From an uncultured Gaiellales bacterium (lineage in GTDB: Bacteria; Actinomycetota; Thermoleophilia; RBG-16-64-13): 64,000 nt of DNA. Below, piece after piece: positions 9,225 to 18,422 of this stretch. The DNA lies in assembly GCA_964399135.1 (NCBI GenBank), contig CAYNPL010000011.1:28539-92538 (forward strand), written 5' to 3'. Every line of letters begins with the position of its first letter. The stretch's first letter is position 1. Under the pieces are notes generated by a model. That model had not been told where the DNA came from. It ran no database searches and saw nothing but the letters and a program-made list of their open reading frames with translations. The position numbers and the translations under genes are program-made.

Positions 9225-10808
9225 CTATTCAATGCCCTGCCTCCCCCCGGCGGCTTTCTCCTCGTCCGAGCAAAGAGCACTGCCCGTCATCTCCGGCGGG
9301 ACGGGAAGGCCCAGGAAGCACAGCACTGTGGGCGCGATGTCGGACAGCCCGGCACCTTCCCGCAGCGGCAGTCCTTCCTCCAAGACCACCAGGGGCACCC
9401 GCCCGTTGCTGTGGGCCGTGTCGGGGCCGCCGTCGGCCGCCAGCATGCATTCGGCGTTCCCGTGGTCGGCGGTGACCATGATCCTCGCCCCGTAGCCGCC
9501 AAGGATCTCGATCGCCCGTCCCAGGCAGCGATCCACGTGTTCGACCGCCTGCACTGTGGGCGGGATGCTGCCGGTATGGCCCACCATATCCGGGTTGGCG
9601 AAGTTCATGACCACGAGGTCCGCCGGGTCTTCCGCCATCTGCCCGCGCAGGCATTCGACCACCTCGTAGGCGCTCATCTCCGGCTTCTGGTCGTAGGTGC
9701 CCACCTCCTTCGGCGAGGGTACCAGGCACCTTCGCTCCCCGGGAAAGGGCTTCTCTCTGCCCCCGTTGAAGAAGAACGTCACATGAGCGTACTTCTCGGT
9801 CTCGGCCAGATGGAGCTGGGTGAGCCCGGCGTCGCTCACCACCTCCGCCAGCACGTTCCTCGGCTCCTCCTTGGGGAACGCCACCCCCAGACCCAGCTTG
9901 GGGTCGTACTCGGTCAGACCCACGACCTCCACCAGCGGCGGGTCGTCCCCTCTGGCGAAGCCGGCGAAGCCGGCCTGGCTGAGGGCCGCGCACATCTCCC
10001 GCGCCCGGTCGGGCCGGAAATTGAAGAACACCACCCCATCGCCGGGTCTCACCCGAGACCGAGGATCGTCGTCCACGACGGTGGGCTGGATGAACTCATC
10101 GGTCTCCCCGCGCGAATAGGCCTCGGCCACCGCGGCCACGGCGTCGGCGGCGTGGAGCCCCCGGCCCCAGACCAGCGCATCATAGGCCCGCTTCACTCGG
10201 TCCCAGCGCCGGTCGCGGTCCATCGCCCAGTATCTTCCGGCCACGGTAGCGAGGCTACCCACGCCCTGCTCGGCCAGGAACCGCCGCAACTCCTCCACGT
10301 AGCCCGCCCCTGCCGTGGGCGAGGTGTCCCGACCATCGGTGAACGCGTGGATGTACACCCGGGGCGTCCGCCGGGCGGCAGCCATGACCACCAGCGCCTT
10401 CAGGTGCTCGAGCGAGGAGTGCACGCCGGCGTCGGACAGCAGCCCCATCAGATGGAGAGAGCCCCCGCGCGCCCTCACGCGGTCGATGAGGCCGGTGAGC
10501 ACGGGGTTCTGGAAGAACGACCCGTCCGCGATGGCTCGATTGATGCGGGTGAGGTCCTGATAGATCACGCGTCCCGAGCCGATGGTGAGATGGCCCACCT
10601 CCGAGTTGCCCATCACCCCCGGGGGCAGACCCACCGCCTCACCGCCGGCTTCCAACAGCACATGAGGATAGCGGGAGAGCAGCGCGTCCCACACCGGGGT
10701 GCGGGCCAACGAAATGGCGTTTCCCGGGCCGGGAGGGGCCCAACCCCAGCCGTCGAGGATGATCAGCGCCGCCCGCCCTCTTGCCTCCGGGGATCGCGCC
10801 ACGTCCAT
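9225..10808 (-). CDS. gpmI: 2,3-bisphosphoglycerate-independent phosphoglycerate mutase
   Basis: Track ORF over-extended; real start MDVARSPEARGRAALIILDGWGW at 10808 sharing 1 nt with tpiA stop (TAATG); iPGM blocks GNSEVGHLTIGSGR, MVGHTG. Confidence 0.88.
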   Translation of the reverse strand: MDVARSPEARGRAALIILDGWGWAPPGPGNAISLARTPVWDALLSRYPHVLLEAGGEAVGLPPGVMGNSEVGHLTIGSGRVIYQDLTRINRAIADGSFFQNPVLTGLIDRVRARGGSLHLMGLLSDAGVHSSLEHLKALVVMAAARRTPRVYIHAFTDGRDTSPTAGAGYVEELRRFLAEQGVGSLATVAGRYWAMDRDRRWDRVKRAYDALVWGRGLHAADAVAAVAEAYSRGETDEFIQPTVVDDDPRSRVRPGDGVVFFNFRPDRAREMCAALSQAGFAGFARGDDPPLVEVVGLTEYDPKLGLGVAFPKEEPRNVLAEVVSDAGLTQLHLAETEKYAHVTFFFNGGREKPFPGERRCLVPSPKEVGTYDQKPEMSAYEVVECLRGQMAEDPADLVVMNFANPDMVGHTGSIPPTVQAVEHVDRCLGRAIEILGGYGARIMVTADHGNAECMLAADGGPDTAHSNGRVPLVVLEEGLPLREGAGLSDIAPTVLCFLGLPVPPEMTGSALCSDEEKAAGGRQGIE

Positions 10809-11593
10809 TATGATCTGCGAAAACCGGCGACGCGGGCGAAAGAATCGATCAGCAGACTGGCCCCGCCCACCAAAGCCCCGTCGATGTCGGGCTGGGCCAT
10901 CAGCTCGTCGATGTTGTCCGGCCGCACGCTGCCCCCGTAGAGGATGCGCACCGCCTGGGCGGCCTCCGCCCCCAGGTCCTCCGCCACCAGACGGCGGATG
11001 AAGGCCATGGCCGACTCGGCTATCTCGGGGGTGGCGGTCTTGCCGGTGCCGATGGCCCACACCGGCTCATAGGCGATGGCCACGCGAACCACCTCCTCCG
11101 GCCGCACCTGGGCCAGGCCGGCATCGACCTGCGCCTCGAGCACCTCTTCGGTCATGCCGCCTTCGCGCACCGGGCCGGTCTCCCCCACGCACATGATGGG
11201 CATGAGCCCGGCGTCGAGAACGGCCCGCACCTTCTTCTGCACCCCGCCGTCGGTCTCACCGAAGTACTGCCGGCGTTCGGAATGTCCGACGATGACGGCC
11301 CTCACCCCCAGGTCGGCCAGCATGGGGGCGGAAACCTCCCCCGTATAGGCTCCTTCCGCTTCCCAGAAGACATCTTGTGCGGCCACTCCGATCCCAGTAC
11401 CCCGAGCCGACTCCACCGCCCGGGCCAATCCGGTGAAGGATGGTGCCACCAGCACTTCCCGGTCCCGCTGTTCACCCAGAGCGGCGGCCAGTCCGCGCAC
11501 GAAGGCAGCGCCTTCCTCGGCCTTCTTGTGCATCTTCCAGTTGCCGGCGATGAGAGGCACGCGGCCGGCGGTCAAGCCGCTTCCGCCGGTCAC
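10808..11593 (-). CDS. tpiA: triosephosphate isomerase
   Basis: 261 aa; PLIAGNWKMHKK..., GHSERR, AYEPVWAIGTGKTAT. Confidence 0.92.
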   Translation of the reverse strand: MTGGSGLTAGRVPLIAGNWKMHKKAEEGAAFVRGLAAALGEQRDREVLVAPSFTGLARAVESARGTGIGVAAQDVFWEAEGAYTGEVSAPMLADLGVRAVIVGHSERRQYFGETDGGVQKKVRAVLDAGLMPIMCVGETGPVREGGMTEEVLEAQVDAGLAQVRPEEVVRVAIAYEPVWAIGTGKTATPEIAESAMAFIRRLVAEDLGAEAAQAVRILYGGSVRPDNIDELMAQPDIDGALVGGASLLIDSFARVAGFRRS

Positions 11594-12777
11594 GCGCTCT
11601 CCTTCTCGGCCAGGACGGCGATGCCGGGCAGCTGCGCCCCCTCGATGAACTCGAGTGACGCGCCGCCCCCCATGGACACGTGGTCCATGCGGTCGGCCAC
11701 CCCGAACTTGTTGACCGCGGCCACCGAGTCGCCCCCGCCCACCACGGTCAGGCCGGGGCAGCCCGCCATCGCCTCAGCAACAGCCCGGGTGCCCGCGGCG
11801 AACGGCTCCATCTCGAACACCCCCAGGGGACCGTTCCAGAAGACCTCGCCGGCACCGGCGATGGCAGCGGAGTAGGCCGCGGCCGTCTCCGGCCCGATAT
11901 CCAGTCCCATCCATCCCACCGGCACCGCTCCCGCCGGCACCGTCCGCGTCGTCGCCTCGGCGGAGAAGGCGTCGGCGACCACCAGGTCGACCGGCAGCAC
12001 CAGCCGGCACCGGCCGCCGCGGGCCTTGGTGAGCGCCTCCACGGCCGCCGGGATCCCCTCCTCCTCCACCTTGCTGGCGCCCACTTCCAGGCCTTGCGCC
12101 TTCAGGAACGTGAGGCCCATCGCCCCCCCGACAAGGAGGGTGTCGGCCAGATCGAGGAAGCGGTCGATGACCTTGATCTTGTCGGTCACCTTCGCGCCGC
12201 CCAGCACGACCACGAAGGGCCGGCGCGGCTCGGCCAGCAGCGTCTGCAGGGCCGAGATCTCCTTCTCCATCTGAAACCCGGCCACTGCGGGCAGCGCCAC
12301 CGCAAGCCCGGCGGTGGTGACATGCGCCCGGTGTGCCGCGCTGAAGGCATCGTTCACGAAGACGTCCCCCATCCTGGCCAGCTCCTCGACGAGGGTGGGA
12401 TCGTTCTTCTTCTCGCGAGGATCGAAGCGGGAGTTCTCCAGCAACAGGACGTCGCCCGGCCTCATCGCCGCCACGGCCGCCTCCACACCCGGCCCCGACA
12501 ACTCGTCCACCTTCCGCACCGGCGTCCCCAGCAGCCGGGCGAGATGTAGGGCGACCGGGTCGAGCCTCAAGGCCGGGTCGGGCGCGTCTTTGGGACGTCC
12601 CAGGTGGGACATGAGGATGACGCGGGCTCCTCGGTCGCGCAGATAGTCGATGGTCGGGAGCGCGGCACGGATCCTGCTGTCATCGGCGACTCTGCCGTCC
12701 TTCAAGGGCACGTTGAAGTCGACCCGCACGAGTACGCGCCTGCCGGCCACCTCGATGTCCCTGACGGTCTTCTTCAC
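11590..12777 (-). CDS. pgk: phosphoglycerate kinase
   Basis: 395 aa; RVDFNVP, ILMSHLGRP, GGGASLE motifs; 4-nt overlap with tpiA. Confidence 0.93.
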   Translation of the reverse strand: MKKTVRDIEVAGRRVLVRVDFNVPLKDGRVADDSRIRAALPTIDYLRDRGARVILMSHLGRPKDAPDPALRLDPVALHLARLLGTPVRKVDELSGPGVEAAVAAMRPGDVLLLENSRFDPREKKNDPTLVEELARMGDVFVNDAFSAAHRAHVTTAGLAVALPAVAGFQMEKEISALQTLLAEPRRPFVVVLGGAKVTDKIKVIDRFLDLADTLLVGGAMGLTFLKAQGLEVGASKVEEEGIPAAVEALTKARGGRCRLVLPVDLVVADAFSAEATTRTVPAGAVPVGWMGLDIGPETAAAYSAAIAGAGEVFWNGPLGVFEMEPFAAGTRAVAEAMAGCPGLTVVGGGDSVAAVNKFGVADRMDHVSMGGGASLEFIEGAQLPGIAVLAEKESA

Positions 12778-12804
12778 GGTTCACTTCCCTCCGAAGTCGG
12801 TTCC

Positions 12805-13815
<1,011 letters not shown>

Positions 13816-13846
13816 CTACCATGCGCGCCGGCCATGCCACTGCCGG

Positions 13847-14833
13847 CTATCGTCGACCTCGGTTGTCACTAGAATAGCCCTTTCCGCCACCGGCACCCTC
13901 AGCCGTCTCCACCAACCGCCGCAAACGGTGGTTGACGGCCGACCGGGTGAGTCCCTCGCCCCCGGCCTCGGCCAGCTCCCCCAGGTTGAGGTAGGGGAAC
14001 CGCAGCCGCAGAGCCGCCATCTCCCGCAGCGCCGGGGGCAGCCCCGCCAAACGCCCCGTTCTTTCGAGCCGGGCAATGGCCTCCAGTTGGCGGGCGGCCG
14101 CCTCGCCGGTCCGCCGCAGATTGGCCGAGTCGCAGTTGGCCAGCCGGTTGGCCCGGGAACGGACCTCTTTGACCACCGCATGCTCTTGCACCTGGAGGGC
14201 GGCGTCACTGGCGCCGGCGGCCGCCAACAGACCGGCCACTTCGTCTCGGCCCTTCAGGTACACCACGTAGCCGCTCCTGCGGGTACGCATGCCCGGGTGG
14301 AAGTCCATGTCTTTGAGCAGGCGCACCAGGTCGGCGGCGAAGGCCTGATGCTGCGTGGTGACCTCCAGGTGAGCCTCGCGCTGGGGTGCGTTGGCCGAAC
14401 CCGCGCCGATGAGGCACCCCCGCAGGAAGGCGCTGCGGCAGCAGCCTTTCTTCACCAGGCGTTTGACGATGCCGGGCCGGAGTTCGAAGTTGTCGCCCAG
14501 AACCCCCATCTCGTTGAGGGCCTGCAGCGCCGCCGGCGCTCCCTTCAGATGGACCTCATACACGAGACGGTGCTGGAAACGCGGCTCCCGGCGCGTCAGC
14601 AACTCCCCTTCCGCTCCATAGGCCTTGAAGATGGAATAGACCAGCTTGGCCCCGGCCTGCACCGTGGTGGCCAGCCGGATCTCGTACCGCTCGCTCTCCT
14701 CGGCCCCACCGCGGATCAGGAAGGTCCCGGCCGTGTGCACGAGGCCGGCCGCCGCCGCCAGCCGGCAACAACCGTTCTTATCCTCCACCCTGGCCAACTC
14801 CTCCCGGAACGCCCGGGTGAATCCGGAAGCCAC
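13847..14833 (-). CDS. whiA: DNA-binding sporulation/cell-division regulator WhiA
   Basis: 328 aa; WhiA N-terminal domain, LAGLIDADG-like middle domain (LRGCLIGAGSAN), C-terminal HTH; rapZ-whiA-gap synteny. Confidence 0.85.
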   Translation of the reverse strand: MASGFTRAFREELARVEDKNGCCRLAAAAGLVHTAGTFLIRGGAEESERYEIRLATTVQAGAKLVYSIFKAYGAEGELLTRREPRFQHRLVYEVHLKGAPAALQALNEMGVLGDNFELRPGIVKRLVKKGCCRSAFLRGCLIGAGSANAPQREAHLEVTTQHQAFAADLVRLLKDMDFHPGMRTRRSGYVVYLKGRDEVAGLLAAAGASDAALQVQEHAVVKEVRSRANRLANCDSANLRRTGEAAARQLEAIARLERTGRLAGLPPALREMAALRLRFPYLNLGELAEAGGEGLTRSAVNHRLRRLVETAEGAGGGKGYSSDNRGRR

Positions 14834-14834
14834 C

Positions 14835-15734
14835 TCATCCCTCCCGCGAGATATCCCTGTGGGAGATGCTGATCACAAGGCCCTTGTCTTTGCGCAACCG
14901 GCGGGCGAGATCCTCCACCAAGGCCACCGAGCGGTGCCTTCCCCCCGTGCACCCCACGGCCACAACCAGGCGCCGCTTCTGTTCCGACACGAACCCGGGC
15001 GCCAGCGAACGGACGAGCACCGCCACCTTGCGCAGGAAGGCCGCTGCCTCTTTGCGCCCCAGCACATAGTCCTTCACGGCTGCATCCAGACCGCTCTGCG
15101 GTCGCAGGTCCGGGATCCAGAAGGGATTGGGGAGGAACCTGGCATCGAGCACCATGTCGGCGTCATCGGGGAGACCATACTTGTATCCGAAGGATTTCAG
15201 GCTCACGAACAGCTGGTCGTTGAGCTGGTCGGCCAGAAGCGTCTCCTCCAGCCGCCGGCGCAACTCCCTGGGTGCCATCCCGGTGGTGTCGATGACCACG
15301 TCGGCCTGAGAACGCAGGGGGGAAAGCAGGCGTCGCTCCCGTTCGATGGCTTCGGGAAGACTCGGTCCGGATAGCGGGTGAGGGCGGCGCGACGTCTGGT
15401 AGCGCGCGACCAGGGCCTCGTCGGAGGCCTCCAGATAGAGAAGGCGGAAGGGAACGCCCGCCCGCCGCAGGTGGTCGAGCGCTTCGCCCACTTGCTCGAA
15501 GTAGGAGCCGCCCCGCACGTCGAACACCAGGGCCACCCGGTCCACCCGGCTGCCTTCCAAGGCGAACAGCTCGACGACCCGCGAGAGCATCTGCGGGGGC
15601 AGGTTGTCGATGCAGAAGTACCCCATGTCCTCGAAGGTGGCGACCGCCTCCGACTTGCCCGCGCCGGAGAGGCCGGTGATGACGGTGAGATGCAGCTGGG
15701 GGACCCGATCCCGAAGAAGGCGGTCGTCATCCAT
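14835..15734 (-). CDS. rapZ: RNase adapter protein RapZ (YvcJ family P-loop protein)
   Basis: 299 aa; LTVITGLSGAGKSEA Walker A, C-terminal CTGGRHRSVA motif. Confidence 0.88.
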   Translation of the reverse strand: MDDDRLLRDRVPQLHLTVITGLSGAGKSEAVATFEDMGYFCIDNLPPQMLSRVVELFALEGSRVDRVALVFDVRGGSYFEQVGEALDHLRRAGVPFRLLYLEASDEALVARYQTSRRPHPLSGPSLPEAIERERRLLSPLRSQADVVIDTTGMAPRELRRRLEETLLADQLNDQLFVSLKSFGYKYGLPDDADMVLDARFLPNPFWIPDLRPQSGLDAAVKDYVLGRKEAAAFLRKVAVLVRSLAPGFVSEQKRRLVVAVGCTGGRHRSVALVEDLARRLRKDKGLVISISHRDISREG

Positions 15735-16302
15735 CGCTTGGCTCCTTCCTCGTCCCGCTCCCGACCGCGTCCGCCGGAGCCACCGTCACATACGTACGCT
15801 CATGCTCCAGGAGCCTGGCCTTCCAAGCCGGGTCGTCCCCGTAGCGGCCGAGGCTGCCGTCGGCCCGGATCACCCGGTGGCAGGGGATGACGACCGGCAC
15901 CGGGTTGGCGGCCATAGCGTTGCCCACCGCGCGCGCAGCCCGGGGATAGCCGGCCATCTGGGCCAGTCCCCCGTAGCTGATGGTCTGCCCGGGGGGGATG
16001 CTCAGAAGGGCCAGGTAGACCGCCCGCTCGAACTCCCCATCGGCCAGGTTGTCCACCGCTATCTCCTCCGCCGTCCAGGCCAGACGCTCCCCACTGAAGT
16101 AGGCCTCAAGAGCAGCCGCCCAGGCTGCCAGAGCCGCCTCGTCGGTGTCCCCGGCCGCCTCCGGGCCGGCCACGTCCGGGCAAGCCGGAGGCAGGTCCAC
16201 GCCGACGAGCCGTCCGCCCGCCACGAAGACGCGACCTTCGCCCCAGGCGGTGGAGAACGGCGCGCTGACCACGGTCTCAACCCGTCTTGTGGACGTATGC
16301 AT
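15727..16302 (-). CDS. ogt: methylated-DNA--protein-cysteine methyltransferase (O6-alkylguanine-DNA alkyltransferase)
   Basis: 191 aa; GQTISYGGLA...NPVPVVIPCHRVIRADGSLG (PCHRV active site); N-terminal start uncertain. Confidence 0.8.
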   Translation of the reverse strand: MHTSTRRVETVVSAPFSTAWGEGRVFVAGGRLVGVDLPPACPDVAGPEAAGDTDEAALAAWAAALEAYFSGERLAWTAEEIAVDNLADGEFERAVYLALLSIPPGQTISYGGLAQMAGYPRAARAVGNAMAANPVPVVIPCHRVIRADGSLGRYGDDPAWKARLLEHERTYVTVAPADAVGSGTRKEPSDG

Positions 16303-18163
16303 ATATCCCCCTTGCCACCTTGCCCGGCAGACCGGGCACGGCCTCCAATTCCTCTCTTGTGGCCTGCAGGAACCTCTCGGGAGAACCGAAATGCCTGACT
16401 ATGGCCTGCTTCCGCTTCTCCCCGATGCCCGGCAGCTGGTCGAGCAGGGACGCGGTGGTCTCCGCAGCCCGCTTGCTCCGATGGTACCCGAGAGCGAACC
16501 GGTGCGCTTCGTCCCTCACCTGTTGCAGCAGCCCCAGTCCGGGGTCGTCGCGCGCCAGTCCCAACGCATGCGCCGACCAGGGGACGAAGACCTCCTCCTC
16601 CCTCTTGGCCAGCGATATCACCGTCACCGCTCCCTCCAGTCCGGCCCGCTCGAGCGCGTCCAGCGCCGCTCCCAGCTGGCCCTTGCCGCCGTCCACCAGC
16701 ACCAGGTCTGGTACCGCCTCGAACGAAGGGTCGTGCGTCCTGGCGGCAGGAGTGCCGCCCCCACCTCCCGCGACCTCACGGGTGAAGCGGCGGAAGAGGG
16801 CTTCTCTCAGCGCGCCGAAATCATCCTGTCCCGCGGTGGTGCGGATCGAGAACTTGCGGTAGTCGCTCTTCTTGGGGACCCCGCCCTCGAAGACCACCAT
16901 CGACGCCACGATATTCTCTCCGCCCAGGTTGGAGACGTCGTATCCTTCGATGCGCATGGGCGGCCCCTCCAAGCCCAGCGCCGCCTCCAGCGAGGCCAAA
17001 GCCATGATCCGCTTCTCCCGGGTCTTCTGGTCGCGCAGCCTCTCGTGGGCGAGGGCCAGGGCGGCGTTGCGGTCGGCCAGCTGCTGCAGGCGGCGTTTGT
17101 CACCACGCCCGGCCGACCGCACCTCGACCCGCGCCCCCCGCAGTCCTGCGAGGAACGAGGCAAGGGCGGTCCGCTCCCGTATGCGGGCCGGCACGATCAA
17201 CTCCGCGGGGACCGTGGGCGACGAGGAGTAGTACTCGGCCACGAAACGTTCGAACACCTCTTGTTCCTGTGCTCCCTCCACGTTGATGAGGGTGAGACTG
17301 CGGCGGTCGGCCAGGCGGCCGTCCCGGGTGACGAAGACCTGCACGTTTGCCCCCCAGTCGTCCACGGCCATCCCGGTGATGTCGGCCGAGGCCAGAGCAC
17401 CCGATTCCACCTGCTGCCGTTCGAGCACGTGCAGCAGGGCATCCAGGCGGTCGCGGTAAGCGGCCGCGGCCTCGAAATCCTGCTTGGCGGCCGCCTCCGC
17501 CATGGCCGAGCGCAGCCCGGCCACCACCTTGGTCTCGCGCCCGCTGAGGAAATCGACCACCTGGTTCACGACAGCGCGATAGGCGGCCGGGTCCACCGTC
17601 CCCAGACAGGGCGCCGGACAGCGGTCGATGTGGAACTGCAGACAGGGCGAGCCCGAGCTCCTGCCCGGGATCCGGCCCCTGCAGGCCCGCACCGGGAATA
17701 CCCGGCCCAGCACGTCCAGGGTCTCCCGGACCTTGGCGGCGCTGGCGAAGGGTCCGAAGTAGAGGTTGCCCTTCCGGTGCGGCTGCCGGGTGAACATCAC
17801 CCGGGGGAACTCGTCTTCCATGGTGACCATGATGTACGGGTAGGACTTGTCGTCACGCAGCCGGATGTTGAAGGGCGGCCGGTGCTGCTTGATCAGGTTG
17901 TGCTCGAGTAGGAGGGCCTCCACCTCGTTGGTGGTGACTATCCACTCCAAAGAGGCCGCCTTCCCCACCATATCCCGCACCTTGAGGGGGAGCCTGCCTC
18001 CCTCGGCGCCGCCTAAGGCAGAAAGGTAGCTGGCCAGACGGCGGCGCAGCGAGAGAGCCTTGCCGGCGTAGAGGACCGACCCGCCGGCGTCTTTGAAGAG
18101 GTAGACCCCGGGCAGGTCCGGAGCCTGCGTCATCTGGTGTCTGAGTTCGTCGGCCGCGCTCAT
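16277..18163 (-). CDS. uvrC: excinuclease ABC subunit C
   Basis: Probable start MSAADELRHQMTQAPDLPGVYLF at 18163 (track ORF over-extended to 18304); GIY-YIG, UvrBC-interaction, RNaseH-like and HhH domains. Confidence 0.9.
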   Translation of the reverse strand: MSAADELRHQMTQAPDLPGVYLFKDAGGSVLYAGKALSLRRRLASYLSALGGAEGGRLPLKVRDMVGKAASLEWIVTTNEVEALLLEHNLIKQHRPPFNIRLRDDKSYPYIMVTMEDEFPRVMFTRQPHRKGNLYFGPFASAAKVRETLDVLGRVFPVRACRGRIPGRSSGSPCLQFHIDRCPAPCLGTVDPAAYRAVVNQVVDFLSGRETKVVAGLRSAMAEAAAKQDFEAAAAYRDRLDALLHVLERQQVESGALASADITGMAVDDWGANVQVFVTRDGRLADRRSLTLINVEGAQEQEVFERFVAEYYSSSPTVPAELIVPARIRERTALASFLAGLRGARVEVRSAGRGDKRRLQQLADRNAALALAHERLRDQKTREKRIMALASLEAALGLEGPPMRIEGYDVSNLGGENIVASMVVFEGGVPKKSDYRKFSIRTTAGQDDFGALREALFRRFTREVAGGGGGTPAARTHDPSFEAVPDLVLVDGGKGQLGAALDALERAGLEGAVTVISLAKREEEVFVPWSAHALGLARDDPGLGLLQQVRDEAHRFALGYHRSKRAAETTASLLDQLPGIGEKRKQAIVRHFGSPERFLQATREELEAVPGLPGKVARGIYAYVHKTG

Positions 18164-18422
18164 CTTCGCTCCAAAGAGAACCGCCCGCCTGGCTGCAGGT
18201 GGTGCTTGGGCTGTCACCGCAAAGTGTACCTCAGCCCCCTCTCCCGTCCCGCCCGGGAGGGCCCCGCGATTCCGCCCCGGCAGCCGGGGGCAACCCGCGG
18301 ACACCCAACCCGGTCGCCCGGGCGGCTCTGTTCACCATGCTATACTTTCGCGCCTCCGGGACCGCGCTGCGGGCATTACCGGGCACGCCGATCAACGCCC
18401 TCCGGGGCCTCAAACTACGCCG

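Noticed and set aside
8919-10940. 673-aa plus-strand ORF, and similar long ORFs at 7098-8909, 16145-17911, 27493-29547 and 38064-39869
   Set aside because: All lie antisense to strongly supported genes (gpmI, oppA, uvrC, guaA, groEL). Their products are low-complexity, Arg/Gly/Pro/His-rich, and typical of stop-codon-poor high-GC DNA. No recognisable domains.
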